Of a stretch of DNA of 64,000 bases, positions 52,001-60,688 are shown in pieces. Both the position numbers and the translations under genes were made by a program. The stretch's first letter is position 1. Every line of letters starts with the position of its first letter. Origin of the DNA: an uncultured virus (IMG/VR IMGVR_UViG_3300032820_000002) (taxonomy: Duplodnaviria > Heunggongvirae > Uroviricota > Caudoviricetes); IMG/VR virus record IMGVR_UViG_3300032820_000002; one strand, 5' to 3'. The notes beneath the pieces are model-generated. The model saw only the letters and a program-made list of their open reading frames with translations. It made no database searches and had not been told where the DNA came from.

Positions 52001-54195
52001 TTAAAGGTATTGACACTCCTGGATATAATTCAGGTCCAGAAACTGCTACTCCTCCTGAATTTGATTATGAAGTAGTTAATGTTACAGATGAAAGAACATT
52101 TAAAATTAGAGCACAACGTAGATTGGGAGCAGTTGAAGCTGTGTTTGGTTTTAATGCTCAAATGAGTGTAGTACATTGGCATGGTTCTACTGTCCGAGCA
52201 GGAACATATGATGATCAAAATGGAACTTTTTGGGAATATGATGGAACACAACTTTGTGTTGTACAAAGAACTGGCACATTCCAATTAGCAGGAACTGTTG
52301 CTGTAAATGCAGACTCTAATTATGTAACAGGTGTAGGTACAAGATTTATAGATCAATTAGCAACTGGTGATAGAATTATTATTAAAGGAATGACGCACGT
52401 TGTTACTCATGTTAAAAATCAAACAGCAATGTGTATTAATCCAGACTTTAGGGGTGTAGTAAATGTAACAGGCGCAAAAGCAATGCGAGTTACTGATAAA
52501 AGAATTAAACAAAAAGATTTTAACTTAGATACCTTTGACGGCAAAGGCGCTAGTGGTTTTGAATTAGATCCTGCAAGAATGCAAATGATTGGAATACAGT
52601 GGGCCTGGTATGGTGCAGGTAGAATTGATTTTTGGGCCAGAAAAGCAAGTGGTAAAATGATTTCTGCTCATGGTATACGTGGGTCAAATATAAACACAGA
52701 AGCATATATGCGTTCAGGTAACTTACCAGTTCGATATGAAGTAACAAATGAAGGACCTCCAGGGAAACTTTCTGAAGCAATAGATGCTTCGCAAACTACT
52801 ATTAAAATAGAAGATGCTAGCTTCTTTCCTACATCGGGTGTTTTATATATAGACAACGAGATAATTTCTTATGATGGAGTATTTGAAAATTCATTATTAA
52901 ACTGTGTAAGAGGTGCTACATATACAAATTTCCAAGCTGGTGCTAGTCGGAGTTATACTGCGGCAGCAGCTACTACTCATTCAAATAAAACAGGAATAGT
53001 TTTAATATCTAATACTATTACACCGTTAATTAGTCACTGGGGTTCATCTTACTTAATGGACGGCGGCTTTGATTTTGATCGCGGTTATATCTTTTCATAC
53101 GCTGAAACAAATATATCAGTAACAACTGTTAAACAAACAGCATTTCTATTAAGACTTTCTCCTAGTGTATCAAATGCAATTGTTGGTGACTTGGGTGAAA
53201 GAGAGTTACTTAATCGTGCGCAGTTATTACTATATGGTATTGAGGTTACTTCTGATACTGGAACAGGTGGGTTTATTATTGAAGGTGTTATTAACCCTCA
53301 AAACTATCCTATCAACCCAGTAGACATTGGTTGGTCAACTTTATCAGGACTTGCCCAAGGCGGACAACCTAGTTTTGCACAAGTAGCTTCTGGTGGTTCA
53401 GTAGTATGGAGCACAGGTGCTACTCCAACAACTTCAACAGCAACAGCAGTTGCAACTGTTACAGGAGTTTTAGATTCGGGTCAATATACAAACTGGAATG
53501 GATCATATTATGTATATGTAAGTGCTACTGACTATCGGACTACTTTTGGAAGTAATAGTTTAGATATTGTATTAGGTAAAAGCATATCTGGTTCAGGTAT
53601 ACAAACAGGTACTATCATTGATGGTGGATATATTTCAGATTATGATAATTATGGTTACTTTTATCTTAACTTAAGAACAACAGCACAGGTTGCACAAAAT
53701 ACAGCTTCAGCTTTTACTGTTACTAACAATCCAGCACTTACAAATGCTAACAAAGCATTCTTTGATACTACTTCGTTCTTAGCTAGTGGAGCAGCAGGTG
53801 GTACTGCTGTAACAAATGGCGGCAGTGTAACTTTCCCCCCATCTACTTTTGTTAATACTATATCACTTAAAGAATGGGCTGGTACTGAATATTATGAAGT
53901 AACATTTAATAATGCATTTAGTGGTACGCTTGCTAATGGATCTGGAACAGTAGAATTTACATTTGAACAACCTCCATATGCACTACCAGGAGAAACTGTA
54001 TTTTCATTTATTGCTGTTCCAGGCGAACGTTCTACATTAGACTTAGCAGAGATGAAAGAATTAACAAATACTCCTATAGGAGGTCGTGGAACATTTCCAA
54101 ATGGACCTGACGTGCTTGCAATTAACATTTATAAAATTTCAGGTGCGGCAGTTACAGCTAATATTGTTCTTAAATGGGGTGAAGCTCAGGCTTAA
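46084..54195 (+). CDS. Giant virion protein (2703 aa) sharing modules with 28574-37114
   Basis: Shared CERD helical, SDTVNLFG and YPRA modules; DADFEYGLQPTKW; lectin-like C-terminal half. Confidence 0.8.
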   Translation: MAKKQLKDYVFRPGVGATSYVYPDGYSLLNSNKEFIQKESSAWIATQVAAANTYSYAETVLTANKNFIADEAVAWFDANNPGIHNDTRHEKCERDTKYNIDAIVADLHTGGNSETIATVKKYWEGASSQLGAGEVTYALSVNNKVEEIINDYVLTNKAYTTGQSGHGLAASDTVNLFGIKTNCQFGDKVYPQIPFSGMFRITKVPDANTVEFFLPTSEIDHVYVAGGQIFLAAPTNVGGATNISTFEFDNTTGLTTIGSNVHGLAVGDAVQLENITVSCLYGSKVYPDTSTTSGIFVVYDVIDNDTFVIGMDKSKIVHTYVSGGTVQKVNVPVSGAVNITGFIFDRVQGIGRITAAAHGRTVGDMIEVENVNFTCSLGAKTYPVTSNTTAFTVRSQNLSTTTFEVDIGTSGVTQTYVSGGIVVKSGGARLPVSDFNYNTVTGIATITTATSQTINANTVSAATYTPATGVMVLTIGAHSYELNDYIMIAPESLTFTCDLDSHATQHSYPRATGSSAPGGKDYAYNTPVKITATGATTITVNVGISSDTSTHTFVSATAGGISESDSNSAADRVKYLIGIINDVTENGLDAIPTGQIYSVSAATYTPTTGSMQLTIGSHGYQIGDTIRIATESLTFTCAKDGHGTQHSYPRASGSTAPSGADYAYNSLVFITAIGAATITVDVGISSDTSTHTFVSATAGCITSPPATNSVSTATYTPATGEMQLTIGTHSYTVGSSIRIAPASLTFTCALDSHASNHTYPRATGSSAPGGKDYAYNAPLEISVVNGDTITVNVGISSDTSVHTFVSATANCITSDSSAWSNFSYVVATCERDVGYLLDAYLYDLRYGGTAETCKIIGFYWDEEVAQIDGNRLPEINTHEFIRDLINNYVLTNTAYSTTQSTASQVIDLSKTTEANVTSRITSLTGIVINVITNGLTALPGITPTGVGTIRIQGRWDQDNLLLITNTTDNITIYNFVTPELGGICSYKAGGDDTDFPRYLQVTDTITTITLNTDTSTQAGTDDLQIFVEEEKESAIKTDAIERDRVSTALAMLDADFEYGLQPTKWSAIGVLRGYPSIYEIPGTNTEVYNITSDASSGTGGVGQSLVTVTTQGPHGFIETDPVTVKALENSVAGASRAEGSFVITTVPTSTSFTYYSKAKVGTSNGDVLLTSYTQLRKAAFYTGASIGSPTFSVATQGSGGTMTVELDVPSGNTIIPYDGQTPGTGSPLVSASIPTGSQVTGSIEQSAGGGTYLTPEISGDYISGTSSITFVDSTGILVNLGADSGNGTVTYVETVNHPSNTITLTSPLTSSLIGNTTVYSSITGTNVAPIGTNVEVSIDNTATTYSVTGITTPGNDYSVGDNLQIPGTALGGINVVNDLKLRVATLTGASGGIASLDVITPNTGFNGTHTFTDVPAANVGGSGTGAVFDVVYEDTVFTSVTLAASSVDVNFTVNDRLVITGTTLSTAGVDLVNDLVILVTGVGGGGDITGFTFSGLAPHAQQIYNNPQWTTSGGGSQILFEVTRTGQGDSAGSSIGIYSLQFTDYGTGFANSDTIDIAGVELGGDSSATYDLEITVTGVDGSGTITAYSPVGLAVNTDTKLNINANALIGSGVEFTVDIAGGNYTVTGPFTPNGGVGYGVGQELLIAGNLLLGTSPANDLTITVTSVVADDSTGRGEVLTYTSAGSAVTNTGSFTGIQPSTVPGSGSGALFQITRANTVYSITAYENSTGYTIGDRLSIAGTLLGGGTPAHDLILRVTSVAGGNVIDGATIESGVGTPGSIFDLICTFTMTEASSSILVKGASVVFEALASITIDFPYAHGLVPGSSFITTITSDDASNNHTLAAGSTRATNIPTEKQLTYQARSGGVIDVSGGDIIGYVYPRPDSFFVHRPFDGGVMLGTGGPQHAAQAIRQSKKYLRYQSGKGVMYTTGAMFAPSYELKSVTADSLEVNALITVVTDDNDHGVQIGGIIRLKGIDTPGYNSGPETATPPEFDYEVVNVTDERTFKIRAQRRLGAVEAVFGFNAQMSVVHWHGSTVRAGTYDDQNGTFWEYDGTQLCVVQRTGTFQLAGTVAVNADSNYVTGVGTRFIDQLATGDRIIIKGMTHVVTHVKNQTAMCINPDFRGVVNVTGAKAMRVTDKRIKQKDFNLDTFDGKGASGFELDPARMQMIGIQWAWYGAGRIDFWARKASGKMISAHGIRGSNINTEAYMRSGNLPVRYEVTNEGPPGKLSEAIDASQTTIKIEDASFFPTSGVLYIDNEIISYDGVFENSLLNCVRGATYTNFQAGASRSYTAAAATTHSNKTGIVLISNTITPLISHWGSSYLMDGGFDFDRGYIFSYAETNISVTTVKQTAFLLRLSPSVSNAIVGDLGERELLNRAQLLLYGIEVTSDTGTGGFIIEGVINPQNYPINPVDIGWSTLSGLAQGGQPSFAQVASGGSVVWSTGATPTTSTATAVATVTGVLDSGQYTNWNGSYYVYVSATDYRTTFGSNSLDIVLGKSISGSGIQTGTIIDGGYISDYDNYGYFYLNLRTTAQVAQNTASAFTVTNNPALTNANKAFFDTTSFLASGAAGGTAVTNGGSVTFPPSTFVNTISLKEWAGTEYYEVTFNNAFSGTLANGSGTVEFTFEQPPYALPGETVFSFIAVPGERSTLDLAEMKELTNTPIGGRGTFPNGPDVLAINIYKISGAAVTANIVLKWGEAQA

Positions 54196-54821
54196 TTATT
54201 TTGCATCCATTTTGCAAAAGAACTTAAATCATCAAATATTTTAGTTTGCTTTTTTATTTTTTGATACGTATGTCTTTTTAATTTTTCTTCAGTTTCGTTT
54301 CCGTAACCTGTTCGAACAAGAATAGGTTTAGCACCTATTTTTATTGCAGCTTTTAAATCTGTAAGTTTATCTCCTACATAATATCCCTTATTAAATTTAA
54401 TATTAGGATTTTCTTTTTCACAACGTTTAAACATACCAACATTAGGTTTTGCAAATTCATCATCTTTTCTATTACTAGAACTATAATATAATGCATCAAT
54501 ACTAGTACAGCCAGCATTACCTAATAATTGAAACATTTTATCATGTATTCTATCTACATCACGCTGTGACATTATGCCTTGTTCTATTCCGCCCTGGTTA
54601 GTTATAATTACTATTAGAAATCCTAATTTTCTAAGAGAAGAAATAGCTTCTAAACTTCCTTCTATAGGATTAAAATCTTCAGGATTAATAACATATGTTC
54701 CTAAATCCTTATTAATAGTACCGTCTCGATCTATACCAATAACAATATTAGAATTTTTTTGTTTGTCAGATATTAATTCTGGAATATCTGAACTCCATCT
54801 AATTATTGGGGATTCTACCAT
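54192..54821 (-). CDS. gmhB: D-glycero-D-manno-heptose 1,7-bisphosphate phosphatase-like HAD
   Basis: DRDGTIN, ITNQGGI, KPNVGM, VGDK.TD, LVRTGYG; lacks the usual CxH/CxC zinc motif. Confidence 0.85.
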   Translation of the reverse strand: MVESPIIRWSSDIPELISDKQKNSNIVIGIDRDGTINKDLGTYVINPEDFNPIEGSLEAISSLRKLGFLIVIITNQGGIEQGIMSQRDVDRIHDKMFQLLGNAGCTSIDALYYSSSNRKDDEFAKPNVGMFKRCEKENPNIKFNKGYYVGDKLTDLKAAIKIGAKPILVRTGYGNETEEKLKRHTYQKIKKQTKIFDDLSSFAKWMQNN

Positions 54822-54822
54822 T

Positions 54823-55680
54823 TTAGCTATCTCCTTCTATCGAATCGTCTGGATGCGGGTAAGAACAAAAAATTCCACCTACGTGTGCAATATCAGATTC
54901 AAAAGGCTTCCCTGGAAGGGTTTTACTTACTACATTATTTCTAAAAATTTCTGCATCATCTACGGGTTGATAACCTAAATGCGAAACTTTATGATTAGAG
55001 AAAAATGCTTCTTGATTATTAGATATACCATAAACTATAGTAAATCCTACTCTCTCTACTGTTAAACAACGTTCTACTAATTGTACAAGGTCTCTATAAC
55101 TTAGCCAAGTAGCTAAATGTCTTCGATCACTAGGTTCTGGAAAACAAGAATTAATCCGTAAGCAAGCTGACTCTATATTAAATTTATCAAAATATAATTT
55201 AGCTAAATCTTCTACAAAACATTTAGATAATCCATAAAGAGTATCGGGTCTATGTGTTATATCTGTATCAGCACCTGCCTCACGTTGAACAAATCCAACA
55301 GCATGAACAGAACTTGCATAAACGATTCGACTAATACCGTGCTGTCGTGCTGCTTCGTAAATATTATAACCTCCCTTTATTGAAGAATTAAGAATTTCAT
55401 TCCAAGGACGTTCTACAGAAGCTGCTCCAAAATGAACAATAGCATCACAACCTTCTACCACTTTCATTACAGCATCAAAATCACTTAATTCACATTGAAT
55501 GACTTCTTCATTATCATTTGCCGAAGCCATCGACTCTCGGTCTGTTAAACGACATACTTCTGCAAGAGGTGCTAATCCTTTACGTAATTCTTTACCTAGA
55601 TTTCCTGCTGCTCCTGTAATTAATAATCGATTAAATCGAGGCGTTTCACTCAGTTTTAGGAACTTCTTTAACTTCTGCAT
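54823..55680 (-). CDS. NAD-dependent SDR, uronate dehydrogenase-like
   Basis: RLLITGAAGNLG, YASSVHAVG, RPDTLYGLSKCF.E, TWLS..DL, YG.SNN; AGGAG RBS. Confidence 0.75.
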   Translation of the reverse strand: MQKLKKFLKLSETPRFNRLLITGAAGNLGKELRKGLAPLAEVCRLTDRESMASANDNEEVIQCELSDFDAVMKVVEGCDAIVHFGAASVERPWNEILNSSIKGGYNIYEAARQHGISRIVYASSVHAVGFVQREAGADTDITHRPDTLYGLSKCFVEDLAKLYFDKFNIESACLRINSCFPEPSDRRHLATWLSYRDLVQLVERCLTVERVGFTIVYGISNNQEAFFSNHKVSHLGYQPVDDAEIFRNNVVSKTLPGKPFESDIAHVGGIFCSYPHPDDSIEGDS

Positions 55681-56047
55681 TTTGACTATCTCCTGGTACT
55701 ACTCTATAATTGTCTTCAACTGAATCCGGAGTACTTACTTCTGTAATACTACTATTATCTTCTAATGCTTCTAACTGGTGTGGTTGCAGGGGCGGGTTAT
55801 GCCAAACTTGTCCTTCTGTAAGTTCTTGTTGATAAAGAGAGGCATTGGTTGTGTCTATCCATCTAAGAAGAAATTTTCCTGAATTAACAAACCAAGTTTC
55901 ATCTTTTTTACTATGAAAATGCATAGAAAACTTACTTCCTGCTTTTTCAAAAACCATTATTTTACAACAATACAAATCATTAGTTGCCCATATAAGTTCA
56001 TAACCCCAGGCCTTTTTAACGTGTCCTTCTAATCTAGTTTTATCCAA
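55646..56047 (-). CDS. Cupin (sugar isomerase-like)
   Basis: KAWGYELIW, SMHFH..KDETW, P...HQL, EVST..SVEDNYR; TTG start with GGAG RBS. Confidence 0.8.
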   Translation of the reverse strand: MDKTRLEGHVKKAWGYELIWATNDLYCCKIMVFEKAGSKFSMHFHSKKDETWFVNSGKFLLRWIDTTNASLYQQELTEGQVWHNPPLQPHQLEALEDNSSITEVSTPDSVEDNYRVVPGDSQNAEVKEVPKTE

Positions 56048-56066
56048 AATCTATCTCCACACTTAA

Positions 56067-56753
56067 TTAATCAAATTTTATATCAAATACATTCCAACTC
56101 ATTGTAATTCGTTCAACATCGCTGGTAAAAGGATATACTTGATGCCTAAGTTGTGCTGGAAACATATAAAGTTCTCCTGTTACAGGATATTTTCTATATG
56201 CTCCTGCACCCCAAGAACCATGTACCCATTCTAATTGACCCGGGCAACGAGCATTTGACGCCATAGGTACTGTTCTAACTTCTGAAGAAATTTCTTCAGG
56301 AATTTGTACCATAACAATTCCATTAATTACACCAGAATGGCAATGTAAAGGATTAAATTCGTTTGCTCTCATAAAATTAAACCAAGTACCATTTCCTAAA
56401 TGAAACTTAATTTTACTATAATCTGGCAAGGGGTTATTTTTTTCTTTCTCTAATTGAGGAAGCTGCTGTCTTTCCTGTATTTGACAAATTTTAAAATATT
56501 CTTGTATGTGAGGCAATAATATGTCTATCATCTTTTCCCGCATTTCGTCATTTTCAATATCAGATCCTCTTTGCTCTGCAATATTTCCTGATAACATATC
56601 GCCTACATGAAAAGCAGTACGGCTTAATTCTGCATACTCTTGGATAAATTTTAAATCGTTTGCGTTTAACACAGTTTCATATATTGGTGGACTAAATGGT
56701 AATAAAATACTATGTTCTTTTACAAACTCACCGTTTTTATTTTCAATATTCAT
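56067..56753 (-). CDS. 2OG-Fe(II) oxygenase-like protein
   Basis: W.N..RANEFNPLHCH, MFPA.LRH.VYPF...ERITMSWN. Confidence 0.8.
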   Translation of the reverse strand: MNIENKNGEFVKEHSILLPFSPPIYETVLNANDLKFIQEYAELSRTAFHVGDMLSGNIAEQRGSDIENDEMREKMIDILLPHIQEYFKICQIQERQQLPQLEKEKNNPLPDYSKIKFHLGNGTWFNFMRANEFNPLHCHSGVINGIVMVQIPEEISSEVRTVPMASNARCPGQLEWVHGSWGAGAYRKYPVTGELYMFPAQLRHQVYPFTSDVERITMSWNVFDIKFD

Positions 56754-57561
56754 TTATATAATCCTCAATATTAATCCAATTAATATCAATAATAGAATTT
56801 AATTTACTCAAATCTGCATTAGTATATTTTTGATATTGTAATTTTAAATTATCTGGCATAGGTATATATTCTATATCAACTTGATATTTTGATGCTACTG
56901 CTTTTGCAATAGCATAAAAACTTACAGGATTTCCGGTTCCTATATTATATATACCTTCTGAAGTTGTTTGCATCATTTTTTTATGAACTTTACAAACATC
57001 TTCTACACAAATAAAATCTCTAAAATAATTTTCACTATTTTCAAATATTTGAATCACTTTATTTTCTTTTGCTTGATTTATAAATTTTGTATAAGGACTT
57101 GCTTGTTCTTTTTTATGATTTTCATAAGGACCATAAACATTAAAATATCTAAATCCTTGTACAGTAATATCAAATTCACTTAAATTTTGAGTTACAAATC
57201 TATCAAACAAATATTTTGACCAAGCGTACGGTGATTGAGGAAATAACAACCCATCTTCTGTAAAATGATGTGTAGGACCATAAACACTAGCACTCGAAGC
57301 ATATTGAAAATTAATTCCTAAAGTATTACAAACTTGTAACAATCTTAATGAGTATTCATAATTTTGCTCTATAATCTGATCTACATCAGAAAAAGTAGTA
57401 TCACTAATTGCTCCTAAATGTACTACCCAATCATAACTACTAGGATCAGGAATAGTGTTAGGCATAAACTCCCAACCCTCTACTTGATGCCCTTGTTGCA
57501 TAAAATAAGAAGTAAGATTCTGTCCAATAAAACCTTTATGTCCGGTTACTAATACTTTCAT
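56743..57561 (-). CDS. hldD: ADP-L-glycero-D-manno-heptose 6-epimerase
   Basis: TGHKGFIG, HLGAISDT, YASSASVYG, YAWSK, FRYFNVYG..E.HK, RDFI.VED, YQKYT.AD. Confidence 0.85.
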   Translation of the reverse strand: MKVLVTGHKGFIGQNLTSYFMQQGHQVEGWEFMPNTIPDPSSYDWVVHLGAISDTTFSDVDQIIEQNYEYSLRLLQVCNTLGINFQYASSASVYGPTHHFTEDGLLFPQSPYAWSKYLFDRFVTQNLSEFDITVQGFRYFNVYGPYENHKKEQASPYTKFINQAKENKVIQIFENSENYFRDFICVEDVCKVHKKMMQTTSEGIYNIGTGNPVSFYAIAKAVASKYQVDIEYIPMPDNLKLQYQKYTNADLSKLNSIIDINWINIEDYINEY

Positions 57562-57998
57562 TTTTCGTCTAATAAACTAATTGTTTTAAATACTGTTTCT
57601 AATTTTAAAAGATTTACTTTATTTTGTAAAGTATTACGTAAGCCTAAATGTAATGGCTTTGGCCATTTACCAAAACTACACCATGAATATCCGCTATGCT
57701 CACTATTAAGTACTGGAATAAATTCTGACTGAACAACTACTATATAAGTATGAAATTCAAATTGTGCATCATTAGAAACAAATGTTTCTAATGGTAAGGT
57801 TTTTTTAATTTTAGGAAGAGAACCTATTTCTTCCTGAATTTCTCTTTTTAAACCTTCCCACGGTGTTTCAGTATTTTGATTAGTACCACCTACTATACCC
57901 CACATATTTGCTTGTTTTCCATTAGATCTATGTAAAAACAAAAATCTATTTGTGTCAAGGGTATAAAAGAGAGCACCACTACAAACAATATCACTCAT
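57558..57998 (-). CDS. Nudix hydrolase
   Basis: Nudix box GG....TETPWEGLKREIQEEIG. Confidence 0.9.
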   Translation of the reverse strand: MSDIVCSGALFYTLDTNRFLFLHRSNGKQANMWGIVGGTNQNTETPWEGLKREIQEEIGSLPKIKKTLPLETFVSNDAQFEFHTYIVVVQSEFIPVLNSEHSGYSWCSFGKWPKPLHLGLRNTLQNKVNLLKLETVFKTISLLDEK

Positions 57999-58011
57999 AC
58001 AAATAATTATC

Positions 58012-59484
58012 TTAAAATACTAAGCGCCAACTACCGTCTGGATATTCGCCTTCAAACGATAATACCCATTCAGTTAAGTTCCATTTATATTGAATACCTG
58101 TATTTAAATTAGTAGTATAAGTTACAGCAGTAGAAGTTGATGCATCAAAAACTATAGTCCAACTAGATCCGTCCCACTCAATTATATCATTAGCACCTGC
58201 AATGAAATCAGATCCATTTGTATTTTTCCAAGCATCAGGACCGTCTGTATTATCAGTACTACCTATTGGTCCTAATAATAATATTCTACCACCCACTGTT
58301 TTAAGATCTGTGGGATTGGATTTACCTGGATCTATAATATAATTAATTTTTGCACTATCACCTGTAGGACCAGTTATAACTGTATCAGTTGGTAAACTAT
58401 CTTCGTCCCAGTTTACTACTGCCACTGTTAAATCATTGGGGTCAACAGCAAATGTTCCTATAATTTCATTAGTAAGGTCTATTCTTGATAATCGTACTTG
58501 TGTTAACCCTGCTTCATATGTAAAGGGGTATGCTTTTAAATATCCTTCCCAAGTTTCTCCTCCAACAATACCACTTTTAACTAATTGTATTGTATTATTT
58601 AATACTAATAAATTAGGATGATTGTGTGATATTCCTATTGTTGCTAGAGCTTCGCCAGCAGTGTACGGAGGATCTCCACCTCGTGCTAATTTACTAGGAG
58701 TTGGTGTCGCCACAACATCTCCTTCAGCATTTGTTGTTATGCCAGTTTCTGTAGTAGCATTGATAGTACTTAAAGGAGACGGAAAAGTAGAAAAGTTTAA
58801 AGTACTTATATTTCCTGTTTCATCAAAAATACTTTGAAGGATACTAGTAATAATACCTAATCTTTTAACTTTTGTAGGAGGCGAAATATAAATAGGTGTT
58901 TTAAATCCTAATGTAGCAACATCTATTTCGCTTTCAGTTCCTGTTGGAATACTTCTACTACTAAAATTAATATTTTCTAAATTTACTACACTCAAACTAG
59001 TCCAATCTATATAATTATCTGTAGTTTGAATTTCTAAACTTGGATTAAACAACATTAGTATTTGTTCTAATATTTGAAGTTTTTGATCAGTATTTGTAGT
59101 CCAAATATCACAATTTACTCCTAACATATATGGAGTAGGCATTAGTCGTTCCACAGTGAAGTTCTTTCCTGCTTCATTAAGATATTCTTCACCTTCTTCG
59201 TCATATGCCCTTTCTCTAATATGGAGTTTACTTACATAAGTAGGATCAGCAAGCATAGCAGTATTCATTTCAAGATCTCCTACATAAACCGCCATTCGCG
59301 GAGCACTAGGAAGTTTATTTTCAGAATTATCACGTAATAAAGTTCCCACTTGACGTGTAATATCTCCATACATTACAGGAACTTGTGTAAGAACTCCTTT
59401 CCCATCTTTATAAGAAAAATTACTCATTAATCTAATAATTTGGGTTAAGTATCGTCTAACTTGCCCGTCGTAAAAATGCTCCAT
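58012..59484 (-). CDS. gp15: Tail completion / sheath stabilizer with C-terminal extension
   Basis: HFYD..RRY, VPVMYG, P.PY.L, QILEQIL..FNP; adjacent to gp14/gp13. Confidence 0.75.
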   Translation of the reverse strand: MEHFYDGQVRRYLTQIIRLMSNFSYKDGKGVLTQVPVMYGDITRQVGTLLRDNSENKLPSAPRMAVYVGDLEMNTAMLADPTYVSKLHIRERAYDEEGEEYLNEAGKNFTVERLMPTPYMLGVNCDIWTTNTDQKLQILEQILMLFNPSLEIQTTDNYIDWTSLSVVNLENINFSSRSIPTGTESEIDVATLGFKTPIYISPPTKVKRLGIITSILQSIFDETGNISTLNFSTFPSPLSTINATTETGITTNAEGDVVATPTPSKLARGGDPPYTAGEALATIGISHNHPNLLVLNNTIQLVKSGIVGGETWEGYLKAYPFTYEAGLTQVRLSRIDLTNEIIGTFAVDPNDLTVAVVNWDEDSLPTDTVITGPTGDSAKINYIIDPGKSNPTDLKTVGGRILLLGPIGSTDNTDGPDAWKNTNGSDFIAGANDIIEWDGSSWTIVFDASTSTAVTYTTNLNTGIQYKWNLTEWVLSFEGEYPDGSWRLVF

Positions 59485-60644
59485 TAGTTATCTGCCTTTG
59501 GTTTAAGTGCTTTTGACAAACTTTGTTTTTCTGGTACAACTTCTCCAGCAATAGTGCTTGTAGTAGGATTATTAATAAACGTACCCTTTTGAGTAGCTCT
59601 TGTATCTGTATTTGTTAATGACATTCTCACTGCATTTTCCATTTTTACCCACCTTGCTCCGTCGAATCTAAATAATCTATTAGGTAAGAAATCTGTTCTT
59701 AAGAAATAATCATAAGTTGATGGTACAAGTGGAAAACTTATACCGTGGCCAAAATCTGCTCCATTAGGAGGTAAACCGTCACCTATTAAATATCCTTGAT
59801 AACCTTCTTTCTCAGGAGGTACCATTACTTTATCAACAGTTATACCATCAGTTGCATCTAAATCCGAAGCATCTACTGTAACTAATGCTGTATCACCATT
59901 GTCATCTACGCTTAAAGTAAAAAGATGACTTGTATCATAACCACTCTTTGCAGCATCTTCTTCTGCTTGTTTAACAATTGCATCATTAATTTGCATTTCT
60001 TGTTCGTATGTTGATAACAAATCTCTTAATGTATTGCCACCTGGTGCATCTTCTTCTGCTGGAAGATCTAAGATTTCTTTAAATTCTTGACTATCTACTA
60101 TTTGCTTCATTTTTACACGATACAAATGTGGATACCATGTTTGTGTAAATCCTTCTGAAGCACGATTAACATCTTCTACTACATAAAATCTTTTAAGTGC
60201 AGTAGCATAATCGTTAAGTGCATATTCATCTACTAAATGAGGCAATTCGATTACATCACCCGACATTATTTTTCTTCCTAATGTTTTTACTGAACTACGA
60301 ATATGAATAGTTAACATAAGCGTATCATTTTGTAAAAATAATCCAAATTGAGTCATATCAAAATCTACATCTTGAACATTATAAACTCCTCGCATTGCAT
60401 AAACATCAGGATCATATTTTCTATCACGGTTTTCCATAAACAGCAAGTCTTGAATATTAGTTTCCTTTACGCTGTCATAACGTGGTTGATCTGCTGTAGC
60501 ATCAGTTTCATCAGGATTTGATGGTCCTAAATATTTGTGAACAAATAAATCAGTACCACCCACAGTAAACATTTCTAGAATTTGTCTATCTAAAAAGTCA
60601 AAATCGTTACCTTTTTCTGGTTTATATAAAGATAGTCTTGGCAT
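59484..60644 (-). CDS. gp14: Neck protein / head closure
   Basis: DLLF.ENRDRKYD, TQFGLFL, GDVIELPHL; divergent from gp13. Confidence 0.7.
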   Translation of the reverse strand: MPRLSLYKPEKGNDFDFLDRQILEMFTVGGTDLFVHKYLGPSNPDETDATADQPRYDSVKETNIQDLLFMENRDRKYDPDVYAMRGVYNVQDVDFDMTQFGLFLQNDTLMLTIHIRSSVKTLGRKIMSGDVIELPHLVDEYALNDYATALKRFYVVEDVNRASEGFTQTWYPHLYRVKMKQIVDSQEFKEILDLPAEEDAPGGNTLRDLLSTYEQEMQINDAIVKQAEEDAAKSGYDTSHLFTLSVDDNGDTALVTVDASDLDATDGITVDKVMVPPEKEGYQGYLIGDGLPPNGADFGHGISFPLVPSTYDYFLRTDFLPNRLFRFDGARWVKMENAVRMSLTNTDTRATQKGTFINNPTTSTIAGEVVPEKQSLSKALKPKADN

Positions 60645-60649
60645 ATAAC

Positions 60650-60670
60650 TATTTATCGGAACGATAAATA
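60650..60670. promoter_or_regulatory. Back-to-back divergent late promoters forming an inverted repeat
   Basis: TATTTATCG-GAA-CGATAAATA. Confidence 0.75.
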
Positions 60671-60688
60671 CAGTAAGGAGAACTTTAA

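Noticed and set aside
22805..54195. CRISPR array or diversity-generating retroelement among the repeats
   Set aside because: Repeats are in-frame protein modules without regular spacers; no reverse transcriptase or adenine-specific template/variable pair seen
56047..56753. Fourth start-duplication case at the 2OG oxygenase before the cupin
   Set aside because: Start regions share only a weak ATAAAA match
54574..58837. Short plus-strand ORFs opposite the sugar cluster and gp15
   Set aside because: Antisense to well-supported genes, with no RBS or motifs
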